A stretch of 64,000 bases of DNA, from contig OZ024743.1 of the NCBI GenBank assembly GCA_964016885.1, positions 257,734,001-257,798,000 of the forward strand, in the 5' to 3' direction. The position numbers and the translations under genes are program-made. The notes beneath the pieces are model-generated. The model ran no database searches and was not told where the DNA came from. It saw only the letters and a list, made by a program, of their open reading frames with translations. Within the stretch, counting starts at the first letter, position 1, and each line of letters starts with the position of its first letter. The stretch is from Eledone cirrhosa. Taxonomy: Eukaryota. Below are positions 12,997-27,694 of this stretch, in pieces.

Positions 12997-13660
12997 TGCT
13001 GTTGGCTTTTCGCTACAATGTTTTCTATACCTTTGATTTATATATTTATACTCGGATTTCTTTCCTAGAGTGCTTAAATTATTTGTGACTAATCCCGGTA
13101 TTTTTTAATAAAAAACCGCGATAATATTGCTTTTTGCTGAACTCCTTTTTGTAGAGTTTTTTGACTGTTGTTTCTTGTAAACAAACATTCGTCTCATTCT
13201 GACGTCACCAGCCCTGTCTTTCCTCATGTGCGTTTTATTTTTCTTAATTACGCATGATGGTAACTAGCCTGTTTTAAATTCCCTTTTTGGCATATTAATC
13301 TGTGAGAATCTTGGTTATCGAGTTGAGCTCTGCTGAGGATCGAATTCCAACCGTGACCATCTCCACTGAAAGTTTTCGTGAAATAGTCTTTATGACTATA
13401 CAGAGCATTTGAAGTTTTTCCAAATTGAAGGATGAGTATTTTAAACTTTATTTTATCATGAGTTAAAGCTCTATTGATATTTCCCTGGATTTCACTAAAT
13501 TCTGTGGTTGAAACTATATCCTGATTCTCTTTGAGATGAGTTTGAATTATTTTTCCCACATCTTACGTTAACTATTTTTCCCATTTTGACGCTATAGTCA
13601 GTTATATATTATGGAATACTTTTGGCTTTTCGCTACAATGTTTTCTATACCTTTCATTTA
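12997..13660 (-). mobile_element. Unclassified ~620-bp unit with ~40-bp terminal direct repeat
   Basis: TTGGCTTTTCGCTACAATGTTTTCTATACCTTT at ~13001 and ~13622; 13170-13360 is a diverged inverted homologue of 9128-9312. Confidence 0.5.
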
Positions 13661-13860
13661 TATATACATATATATATATAGAGAGAGAATTGGTACATTT
13701 ACCAACATATGCGTACAGATGTACACTAATGCTAGCAAATACATAAGTTATGTCATAGTACCTAGGTGGTTCAATGCAGGAGGATGCAGAACAATTATAT
13801 GAAAGACGTAAAATAAGAAAATTTTAAAAATTAAAAATTAACTTACTTACTAAAATTTTC

Positions 13861-13942
13861 ACTCCAACTAATTAGTTTCTGTAATGGGATAAAGATAGTT
13901 ACGCAATGTAACCATCGAGAATTCATTACGTCATCAGGGAGT
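13861..13942 (-). ncRNA. Type I hammerhead ribozyme
   Basis: Reverse complement of 14410-14491. Confidence 0.8.
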
Positions 13943-14409
13943 CTATTCTCAGCTAAGTCTCCAGGCAATGCGCGGACACTAGTGACTCATATAATAATAA
14001 TAATTCGTCTTTCATATAATTGTTCTGCATCCTCCTGCATTGAACCACCTAGGTACTATGACATAACTTATGTATTTGCTAGCATTAGTGTACATCTGTA
14101 CGCATATGTTGGTAAATATACCAATTCTCTATATTTATCTCCAAATTATTTATTTGTTGAGCAAGCTTGCCAAATCCACTACTAATTCATTGTAGTGGTA
14201 GTAGGCTTTTGTCATTATACCATCCCACTCCTTCTGACTAGCCTCAGTGTCACGTGATTGATTCTTTAGAATCTGCCATTTGACCAGAGACAGTGAACTT
14301 TTTCAGTGCTATGGAATTCAGTCCCCGCTAGCTGTTCCATCCACCGAATTATTATTTTTATATGAGTCCCTAGTGTCCGCGCATTGCCTGGAGACTTAGC
14401 TGAGAATAG

Positions 14410-14491
14410 ACTCCCTGATGACGTAATGAATTCTCGATGGTTACATTGCGTAACTATCTTTATCCCATTACAGAAACTAATTAGTTGGAGT
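14410..14491 (+). ncRNA. Type I hammerhead ribozyme
   Basis: ACTCC-CTGATGA-C-GTAATG...CATTAC-A-GAAAC-TAATTA-GTT-GGAGT; stem II covaries with the 4236 copy. Confidence 0.85.
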
Positions 14492-14547
14492 GAAAATTTT
14501 AGTAAGTTAATTTTTAATTTTTAAAATTTTCTTATTTTACGTCTTGC

Positions 14548-14586
<39 letters not shown>

Positions 14587-14607
14587 CATATATATACATA
14601 TATATAC

Positions 14608-14644
<37 letters not shown>

Positions 14645-14645
14645 C

Positions 14646-14720
<75 letters not shown>

Positions 14721-14731
14721 CATATATATAC

Positions 14732-16167
<1,436 letters not shown>

Positions 16168-16194
16168 AATATATATATATATATATACATATAA

Positions 16195-16233
<39 letters not shown>

Positions 16234-16407
16234 CATATATATACATAAATTATACATATATATGCATATATATACATATATATATATACATATATATATA
16301 TATACATATATATACATATATATACATATATATAAATATATATATACATATATATACATATATATACATATTAATATACATATATATATATACATATATA
16401 TATATAC

Positions 16408-16440
<33 letters not shown>

Positions 16441-16451
16441 CATATATATAC

Positions 16452-16482
<31 letters not shown>

Positions 16483-16496
16483 CATATATATATATG

Positions 16497-16640
16497 TAGA
16501 AAGCGTGTGAAGGCATAGTGGCTGAGTGGTTAGAGAATTGGATTCGCAATCTTAAGGTTGTGAGTTCGATTCCTGGACCAGGCGATGCGTTATGTCCTTG
16601 AGCAAGACACTTTATTTCACGTTGCTCCTTCTACCTGGAG
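16497..16640 (+). mobile_element. tRNA-derived SINE 5' part
   Basis: TGGCTGAGTGG (A box), GAGTTCGATTC (B box), TGTCCTTGAGCAAGACACTT. Confidence 0.8.
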
Positions 16641-16736
16641 TTGCGACCGATAGATAGTATTAGCAATTGGAAAGACCAACGGAAACATTGTTCCCTCAGT
16701 CTGATTTGACGAAAGTCGATCGTTCCTTATATATAC

Positions 16737-16785
<49 letters not shown>

Positions 16786-16825
16786 CATATATATATATAT
16801 ACATATACATATATATAGATATATA

Positions 16826-18895
16826 TATTGTTATACTTTAGGAGGGTCATGTTGCCAATAAGAAACACACGCACCAGTTGATTTCACTTCAATTTATTAT
16901 AATAAATTTATAAATTTATAAATTTCTGGTTGGTTGGTTGGTTGGTTCCACAACGAGATAGTTGTTTATATATTGTCATAGTTCTTTCGTCACACACTCT
17001 ATTCTTGTGTTACCGTATATATTTGTGTTGTTGTTGTTGTTGAACTCTTCTGTTAATGAGGTGTCGGCCATATTTATACCGTCAATTTTGTCGGGATATC
17101 TATTGGTATTCTCTATAGTATCCTGATTTAGCTTTATCTACTTAAGCCACTTTAGTTTCTTGTTAAAGTGCTTATCACATTCTTGAGTAATGTATTGTTC
17201 TTCAGGGCGTATAAGGCTTATAAATATTAGTTTCTCTCTTGGTGTGGTGATCCTAGCTATTTCTTGTATTAGGTTACGTTATGTTTTTCTTGATGACTTA
17301 ATTCTCTATAATCTTCTTTTTTATGTTTAGAATTAATGTTCGTTTTAGCCTATCTGTTTGTTTTTTGGTGAGTTGTAATCTTCTAACGTCGGTGTTGATG
17401 GTGTTGGTGTAAACTCGGGATGAGGCGCATTCTTTTATGAAGTGTAGTTGTCGAGATGTTATGGTTTTTCGTAGACAACAGAACATGGTGGTTTTCAGTA
17501 TCTTGTTAGCCTGGCTAAGGCTTACGATATTTCGTTTCTGAATTTGTTTAGCAAGATTCTTTATCTGAAATCGTGTGTTGAAACCGATATTGTTATACTT
17601 TGGGAGGGTGATGTTGCCAATAAGAAACACACGCACCAGTTGCTTCCACTTCAATTTATAATAATAAATGTATAATAAATTTATTAATTTATAAATTTCT
17701 GGTTGGTTGGTTGGTTCCACAACCAGATAGTTGTTTATATATATAGTCATAGTTCTTTCGTCACACACTCTGTAACCTCTTCAGTGACTGGGGATTCCTT
17801 TCTTTGTTTCTGTGCTTCTCCTTTGTTCTGTCCTACGCCATTTTGTTTCTGTGTATGTGTTGTGTGCTCAGTCTGCGCATGCGCCACATCCGGGTGTCTG
17901 TGTGTGTTTATGTTCATTTATTTATTTGTTTATTTACATGTTACTGGTTGGTTGTTTGTTCTATGTGTGTGTGTGTGTTTTCATTTTGTCCTTAATTGTA
18001 AGTTGTGATGTTGCTGTTCCACTCATATTTTCTATTTAATTTTCGTTGTAATTCTTTTATGTTTATTGCCTCTGTAATTTGTCTAAACATTGCGTCTTTT
18101 CTGTGTGTAGATTCTATTTTTATTTCTATGTTCTCTAATTTAGCCTTGTGTTCTATTTTAGCATGTTGGTAGAGTACAGATGATTCTTTACTATCTGGAA
18201 GGTCTCGCCAGTGTTCATTTATCCGTTCCCCTACACTACGAGCTGTCTCACCTATGTACACTATATTTTTGTCTCTACATTGTCCTTCAGTACATCTTAT
18301 GCTATACACTACATTTCTAGTTTTACAGTTAATATGGGGGCTTATTTTACAGGTTATACATTTCTTATCTATACATGAGGGTCTTTGAAAGGGGTATGTC
18401 TTGCTAATAAGTGTTTTTACGGAGGTACCTGGTCTTTCTACTATCTTAATATTGAGTTTATGTTTATTTAGGGCCCTTCTAAATTTGTAAGCTAATTCAC
18501 CTCTAGGGGTTGTATCGATGAACATTACACTCTGGTATTTATTGCTATCATACCATGAGTTTATTCTATTTGCCTTGTTCCTAGTTCTTTCTATTCTATT
18601 CCAAAATTTGCTCCTATACAAGGGACAGGTCCCATTTATGTTATTATTTACCATTTTTTCCCATTTAGTTCTGGCTCCTCTATACACTCTGATTTTATCT
18701 CTCTGATTGTAGCCAGAGAACTGAAGAGGTCACAGAGTGTGTGACGAAAGAACTATGACTATATATAAACAACTATCTGGTTGTGGAACCAACCAACCAA
18801 CCAGAAATTTATAGATTTATAAACTTATAAATTTATAAATATATTATAAATTGAAGTGAAGGCAACTGGTGCGTGTGTTTCTTATTGGCAATAAT
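16826..18895 (-). mobile_element. Composite Penelope-like element: inverted pLTR (18719-18895, +), GIY-YIG 3' ORF (17992-18720, -), pLTR, 5' ORF of the next tandem unit, partial pLTR
   Basis: CKTRNVVYSIRC...YIGETARS...; three copies of the pLTR; HHR at 17745-17789 (-) and a partial HHR from 18721 (+). Confidence 0.85.
17745..17789 (-). ncRNA. Minimal HHR in PLE pLTR
   Basis: Same motif as 9019-9063. Confidence 0.7.
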
Positions 18896-18929
18896 ATATG
18901 TATATATATATATACATATATATATATAC

Positions 18930-18990
<61 letters not shown>

Positions 18991-19009
18991 TATATACATA
19001 TACATATAC

Positions 19010-19056
<47 letters not shown>

Positions 19057-19290
19057 TATATACATATATATATACATATATATATACATATATATATATA
19101 TACATATATATATACATATATATATACATATATATATATATATACTTATATATACACATATATATATACATATATATATATATACTTATATATACATATA
19201 TATATACTTATATATACATATATATATATATATACTTATATATACATATATATATATATACTTATATATACATACATATATATATATAAT

Positions 19291-19398
<108 letters not shown>

Positions 19399-19829
19399 CA
19401 TACATACATATCTATAATTGCTGTTTATTGCTCTATTTAAAACCTTCTCGCTCACTACCATTTTGGCCGAAATTATTCCAGGATTCATAAAAATGGCTTC
19501 TCTCGGCCCTCTAAATCGCTATCAACCCCCTCTCTCCATCATATACGTGCCTGTTGGTCCCTCTCTATCTCTCTCGCTCACTCCTTACTCGCACCAAATA
19601 TAAATAAACCTGTTACGAGGTACAAATCTCAGAATTTGTCAACTCTTATTAATGGTCAGTCCACTTCTACGAAATGTAATGTAAAAATACCATTTTCTTC
19701 TTGTCTCCCCACCCTTCGGTTCATTCATCATATATCTGTATAATCGCCCAGAATCCAAATCCTACTTCTTTATGCTATTCTATAAGTTTGACTGTTATAA
19801 ATAATCTTCACCTCGCTAACTAATTAAAA

Positions 19830-22800
19830 TAAGACTTGTTCTAAATAGAACTACTGTGACAGTAATATCTGCGTAATATCCGGACTGCCTGGCGCTATAA
19901 AAGACAGATTCTATGAGACACTGATGCTCACTACCTCCCAAATAACCGACAGTGACTACATAGTTATCGCTGGCAACCTAAATGGTCACGTTGGACAACA
20001 TTGTGACGGCTATGACGGAATCCATGGAGGCTATGGGTTTGGTACTAGAAATGAGGAAGGCGCCAGAATCCTGGAATTCTGTGACGCAAATAACCTAACT
20101 ATCTGTAACTCTAACTTCAAAAAACGAGACAATCACTTGATCACCTACAGATCAGGGGAACATACCGACCAGGTAGATTATATCCTAACCAGAAGATGTG
20201 ACAGAGTATCTGTTGTAAACACTAAATCCCTCCCCCATGAAGAATGCACCTCCCAACATAGACTGATAATTAGCGACCTCATAGTCAGGACGAGACGTAC
20301 TCGACAACAGAAGAGGATTATCCTCAGGAGAAAAATATGGAAGTTAAAGGACCCCACAGCCAGTAATAAATTTAAAAGCATATTACTTGATGCTTTTGAC
20401 AGTAAGGAAGAGCATTTAGAGTCGTACGATATAGAGGAACAGTGGGAATTCCTGAAAGCAAACCTGCTGATGGCGGCAGATGAAGTCTGTGGCTGGAGCA
20501 GGCCTATAGGCAGGAGGAGAGTAACGTGGTGGTGGAACAGTAAGGTGGAGGAGTCAATTAAGGCCAAAAAGCAGGCTTGGAAAGAGTGGCGGGATGGGGA
20601 AGTAGAGAAGACTATCAAGTGGCCAGGAGGGAAGCTAGGAGACAAGTGTACTTCGCAAGAAGGGAAGCAGAGGAAAGAAAGTTCAAGCATGTTCTACAAC
20701 GTGAGGAGCAAAACCGTGAGGTGTTCAGGATTGCTAGGCAATGTGTCAAGGAAAACCGTGATATTGTCGGGGAGAAGTGTGTCCTAAAGTACAACATCAC
20801 TGACGCTGAAAGAAGGTAGCTTGGAAGTGTCACTACGAAAGGCTACTAAATGAGGAGAATAATTGGGAGAAAGACAGTCTCCCCCACATCGATCCAATAG
20901 AGGGACCAGCAGTGTTAGTCGAAGGTAGTATAATAAGTAAGGCAATCAAAGATATGAAGACGGGTAAGGCGGCTGGGCCTTGGAAATAGTTGTTGAAAAG
21001 CCGAAAGCTTCTGGAACGGTGGGACACACCATGGTCACCCGGATAGTAAACCAAGTCATACAGAATGGGGTTGTTCCGAGGGCTGGCGTAGCAGCAGCAT
21101 GATTAAGCTACAAGGGTAAAGGTGATGCCCTAGATAGGTGTAACTATAGAGGCATTAAATTAATCGACCAGGTCATGACGGTCACAGAAAAAGTAATAGT
21201 GCAACTAATCAGAGAGAGAATTGATCTAGATGAAATGTAGTTCGGGTTTGTGTCAGGTAAAAGTACCACAGACGCTCTTTTCATTGTACGACAACTACAG
21301 GAGAAGTACCTAACTAAAAGTAAACCCCTATACTTAGCTTTTGTCGACTTGGAGAAAGCCTTCGACCGAGTTCCCCGTTCCATTATCTGGTGGGCTCTTA
21401 GAAAACTAGGTGTTGATGAATGGCTTGTGAGAGCTATACAAGCCATGTATAAAGAAACAGTCAGCAAGGTTAGAATTAACAACGAACATAGTGAAGAGTT
21501 TAGCGTAAAAGTTGGTTTTGATCAGGGCTCCGTTCTTAGCTCCCTACTATTTATTATTGCCATTCAGGCTATAACAGCGGAGCTCAAGACCGGCTGCCCA
21601 TGGGAACTCCTATACGCAGATGATCTAACGCTCATAGCTGAATCAATGGCCGAACTAGAGAAGAAATTCCAAACATGGAAGCATGGCCTAGAATCAAAAG
21701 GCTTTAAAATTAACCTGTCTAAGACTAAAGTTCTAGTTTGTAGGAAGGAAAATAGGGCACCGGTCCTATCCGGGAAATGGCCATGCTCAGTGTGTAGGAA
21801 AGGAGTAGGCAGAAACTCCATTTTATGTCCCAAATGCAAAGTATGGGGGCATAAAAGATGTAGTGGTATCACAGGTAAGCTAACTAAGAACATAGATTTT
21901 ATATGTGGCCGGTGCTCTGGTGTAATAAGTAGCAGCAAGTGCCCACAAAATACTAGCTCATTCCATTGCACAGATGGTTCTATAGAAATAGTGGACACCT
22001 TCCGTTACTTGGGTGACAAAATCAGCAGTGGGGGAGGGTGCTCTGAAAGTACAGTAGCTAGAGTCAGAACTGGATGGAAAAAGTTCAGAGAGCTTATACC
22101 ACTATTAGCCACTAAAGGGTTCTCTCTGAAAATGAAAGGCAGGCTGTATAATGCCTGCATACGAACAGCAATGTTACATGGCAGAGAGACCTGGGCATTG
22201 TGTGCAGAGGATATACGCAGAGTAGAGAGGAACGAAGCTTGCATGCTCCGCTGGATGTGTAATAGTAATAAACGTGAACGGCAAAGCAGAAACGAACTAA
22301 GGAAAAAATTAGAAATAAGAGGGATCAGATGTTGTTTACTCGAGAGAAGAAAACGTTGGTATGGTCACGTGATGCGCATGAAAGACGACAGCTGTATATA
22401 AACGTGTAGAGCAATAACAATAGACGGTAGCCACGGAGTAGGCAGACCCAGAAAAACCTGGGACGACTTGCTAACTTCCGGCCTCACACACTTACACCTC
22501 TCCAAGACAATGTCACTGGACCGAGATCTTTGGCGATACACAGTAATATAGAAGACCCGCTTTACCTAAGTACAAAGTGAAACCTACTAGAGTCAATAGG
22601 CACCTCTAACAAAATACACCCCGTCCCACTACCCCCACCCCACCCCATCCACACCATCCCTTTCAATGTAAAGTTATGTTGGTACCACAACATCCAGTCC
22701 AAAACAAATGACGTCGTGTAGGTGTCACGACAAAAAACACACAGTCCAGGCTGTAATGTGGCCGTGTAGGTAACACGGTAAAAACCTCCCAGTCCACACT

Positions 22801-22959
22801 GTAAACGTGGCTGGTGTTAGAAAGGGCATCCAGCCGTAGAAAACCCGCCAGACAGTCCTATGCGAGCAAGACAACCACTCTTGCCTCAAGTGGGAAAACT
22901 CCCGTCCAAACCCATGCAATCGTGAGATGATGGACGTTTAACGATGATGATGATGTTGA

Positions 22960-22962
<3 letters not shown>
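19830..22962 (+). mobile_element. Near full-length degraded RTE LINE (APE + RT with Cys-rich insert)
   Basis: AGNLNGHVG...QVDYIL...QHRL; FVDLEKAFD, LYADD; multiple stops and frameshifts; (GAT)n tail. Confidence 0.92.
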
Positions 22963-23017
<55 letters not shown>

Positions 23018-23040
23018 ATATATATACATGTATATATATA

Positions 23041-24843
23041 CAAAATGAGGGAGCAGCCATCGGCGTCAGCATAGCTGGTGATGTTGCCAACCTTTTCATG
23101 GTATGGTGGGAAAGGAGACTTAAAGATCTCCTTAATGAAAGCTCCATAGACCTCATCATGTACTCTCGTTATGTAGACGATATCAATATAGTTATAAGAA
23201 CACCCCCACTAGAGAGCACTAACAAGTTTGATTTAGAATGTAGCACGATGGAAAGCATCCAGCAGATAGCTAATTCCATACACCAGAGTATAACTGTAAC
23301 TATCGACTTCCCTTCCAAACACCCTAACGATAGACTACCTGTATTAGACACAGAACTCTGGATTAACACTATAGACGAGAGAGCCCAAATTCTCCACTCA
23401 CACTATGCTAAACCCATGGCCTCCAAATACCTCAGCAATGTCCAGTAGTGCTAAGTTTAATATTCTGATCGCAGATTTGGTACGAGTGATGAAGAATGTA
23501 TCCAGCATGTGCGACCCAACAGAAATGGAAAGACACATCCAACACTTCATCAACCGCATGCAGTTCTCTGGCTACAACCAAAGAGACAGAGTCAGAGTAC
23601 ACGAAGGAGCCATGGAAAAGTATAAGACTCTCATAGAACTGGACATGAAAGGAATTTGCCCATTATACAGGAGCAAATCATGGAATAGCTTAGATAGGGC
23701 TAGACATAAGATAGGGAAAGCCACCTCATGGTACGACAACCAGAGAGACCAGAGTGTCATGTTTGTGGACGCCACCCCTGGAGGGAAATTAGCTAACCAG
23801 TGTAGAAAGGCCCTCAGAAAGACGCACTTAAAAATAAAGGTGGTAGAAAAGTCAGAAACCACCATAAAATCCCTGATCAGCAAAACCTACCCTTTTAAGA
23901 AAACCCACTGTACCAATAGGAAATGTATCATATGTAAGGTGAAACCCCGGATAATGTGTAAAACTAGAAACGTAGTCTATAGCATAAGATGTACAGAGGG
24001 TACTTGCAGAAACATGACAACAACATACATAGGCGAGACAGCTCGTAGCATAGGTGAAAGGATAGACCAACACCGGGGGGAACTAAAAGGACGAAAAAAC
24101 GGGTCAGTACTATACGAACATGCTAGACAACAACATGACGGTAACATAGACAACATAGAAATTAGAATAATATCTAAACATAGAAATGACCCAGCAGATA
24201 AGCAAATCAGAGAGGCCAGTGAAATAGAAATTAGAAGACCAAAGCTAAACAGAAAGAAAGAATGGAATAACAACAACACCCAAACAAACAACACTGACCT
24301 AAGAGAAGTATAAATAAGTAAATAAAATAAGATAAATAAATACATACACAAGCACAATAACAACAAGCACATAAACACACACTAGTCACCCATCACACAG
24401 CAAACATAACACTATACACACACGCAAACGCATGCGCAAAGAAGACAAAATAAAATAAACAAACATGTAAATAAATAAATATATAGACAGACTGAATAAA
24501 AAATGGCGTAGACATACAACACAACAGGAGGAATATATAACACCACTGACGATGTTGCAGATGTGCAACGAAAGATTTATGATAAACTATATATATGCGT
24601 TTGTGTCTATATTGTATCTGTATTATTTTTGACCGTCGGTCAGTCAATGGCAACATTGAGGACCGAGTAAGTTAGATTACGGATATAAAAGACAGCGAGA
24701 AGCGAAAACCAACCAAACAGTGAGTGTGTTCTGTTATTAATTCTGGCAATATTACACAAATATCACCCTCCCCAAGTATAACAATATTTGTTTCGACACA
24801 CGATTTCATATAAAACAACCTCGCAAAACCAATTCATCGGCGC
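23041..24843 (+). mobile_element. 5'-truncated Penelope-like element (RT + Cys linker + GIY-YIG)
   Basis: GAAIG...RYVDDI...LPVLD; VVYSIRC...YIGETAR; degenerate HHR at ~24541-24583 (CTGACGA-T-GTTGC..GCAAC-GAAA). Confidence 0.9.
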
Positions 24844-24844
24844 T

Positions 24845-24878
24845 ATATAAATATATATATACATATATATACATATAG

Positions 24879-24911
<33 letters not shown>

Positions 24912-25285
24912 CATATACATAAATATACATAAATACATATACATATATTTATACATATATATAATATATATATACATATATATACATATATACATACATA
25001 TATATATATATATATACATATATATACATATATCTATACATATATATACATATATATATATACATACATATATATATATATACATAGATATATATATATA
25101 TATATACATATATATACATATATATATATACATATACATATACATATATATACATATATATATATACATATATAAACATACATATATATACATATATATA
25201 CATATATATACATATATATATATATATACATATATATACATATATATATACATATATATACATATATATATACATATATATATAC

Positions 25286-25316
<31 letters not shown>

Positions 25317-26714
25317 CATATACATATATATATACATATATATAATATATATATACATATATATACATATATATATACATATATATACATATATATATAC
25401 ATATATATACATACATATATACATATATATACATATATATACATATATATATACATATATATACATATATATATACATATATATACATATATATACATAT
25501 ATATATACATATATATATATATACATATATATAAACATATATATACATATATGTATATATATATACATATATATATAAACATATATAAACATATATATAT
25601 ACATATACAGATACATATATTAATACATATATATATATACATATATATAATACATATATACATATATATACATATATATATACATATATATATACATATA
25701 TATATATACATATATATAAATATATATATACATATATATACATATATATATACATATATATACATATATATATACATATATATACATATATGTATATATA
25801 TATACATATATATATACATATATAAACATATATATATACATATACATATGCATATATTAATACATATATATATATACATATATATAATACATATATACAT
25901 ATATATACATATATATATACATATATATACATATATATATATACATATATATAAATATATATATACATATATATACATATATATATACATATATATACAT
26001 ATATATATACATATATATACGTATATATATACATATATATATACATATATATACATACATATATATATATATATACATATATATACATATATATATACAT
26101 ATATATACATATATATATACATATATATACATATATATATACATATATATAATATATATATACATATATATAATATATATATACATATATATACATATAT
26201 ATATATACATATATATATATATATTCATATATATATACATATATAGACATATACATATATATACATATATATATATATATATACATATACATAAATATAC
26301 ATATATATATACATATACATATGTATATACATATATATATACATATACATATATATATATATACATATATATACATATATATATAGACATATACATATAT
26401 ATATACATATATATACATATATATATATACATATATACATATATATATATACATATATATACATATATATACATATATATATACATATATATATACATAT
26501 ATATACATATATATATATATACATATATATACATATATATATATATATATACATATATATATACATCTCTATATATATATATACATATATATATACATAT
26601 ATATATACATATATATACATATATATATACATATATATATACATATATATATACATATATATACATATCTATATACATATATATATATACATATACATAT
26701 ATACATACATGTAC

Positions 26715-26745
<31 letters not shown>

Positions 26746-26839
26746 CATATACATATATATACATATATATATACATATACATATATTAATACATATATAT
26801 ATACATATATATACACATATATATATACATATATATACA

Positions 26840-26881
<42 letters not shown>

Positions 26882-26944
26882 CATATATATATACATATAT
26901 ATACATATATATATATATACATATATACATATACATATATATAC

Positions 26945-27037
<93 letters not shown>

Positions 27038-27041
27038 CATA
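24845..27041. repeat. ~2.2-kb imperfect (TA)n/(TACA) tract
   Basis: Direct reading; contains internal block duplications. Confidence 0.95.
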
Positions 27042-27527
27042 TTGGTAAACGGAATAGAAAATGCTGACAAATTGTTCACAGTTGAAAAATGGTTTAATTA
27101 GGAATAAAAGATTATTAGTGATTGTATGGGTTAGTATTCAGTTGTGGTTTTAAGTTTTTGAGATTTTTTACCGGTTGCGCTTTTCTAAATGCTTTTCAAA
27201 AATAATTTTGTGATAGAGTGTCCGTGCTGTTTGCTCTGATCTGATTAGTTTTGGGAATTCTACCTGTTTTTATGTTAAAAAAGTGGCTCCAGCGTTATTT
27301 TTGTGTTGCAAAAATGCTTGTGGTCAAAACAATTTTGATTGGTCGGTAGAGGTCATGTGAATGTAAAAAGTTGATTTTGCGCCAAGACTGTTTTTATGTT
27401 AAAAAAGTGGCTCCAGCAAAAATTCTTGGTCAAAACAATTTTGATTGGTCGGTAGAGGTCATGTGGATAAAAAATTGGTTTTGCGCCAAGATTGAGAAAT
27501 GACTCTTTCACAACAAATATGTGTGTA

Positions 27528-27558
<31 letters not shown>

Positions 27559-27648
27559 TTGTGTGTGTGTGTGTGTGTGTAGTAGTAGTAAGGTGTTCGA
27601 TGCTGCGACAATGGCCAGCAGCGATGTGTGTCAAATGGCTATTAAGAT

Positions 27649-27694
<46 letters not shown>

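Larger units (their letters stand above)
13680..14550. mobile_element. Retrozyme-like family A variant (534-bp monomer): partial minus arm plus one full circularly permuted plus unit
   Basis: The plus arm starts (14006) and ends (14540) with CGTCTT.CATATA; HHRs at 13861-13942 (-) and 14410-14491 (+). Confidence 0.8.

Noticed and set aside
16497-16580. tRNA gene
   Set aside because: A/B boxes run into a SINE body and no complete cloverleaf is evident; the same applies at ~1890-1955 and ~59985-60050.
16690-16725. HHR-like CTGATTTGACGAAAGTC
   Set aside because: The core lacks the 3-8 pair and A9, and stems I and III cannot be formed.
19415-19830. Unique-looking segment upstream of the RTE
   Set aside because: No ORF, ribozyme or repeat match recognised; left unannotated.
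27264-27490. ~124-bp tandem duplication in PLE 3' region
   Set aside because: Real but only two imperfect copies, with no ribozyme; ordinary UTR repeat.
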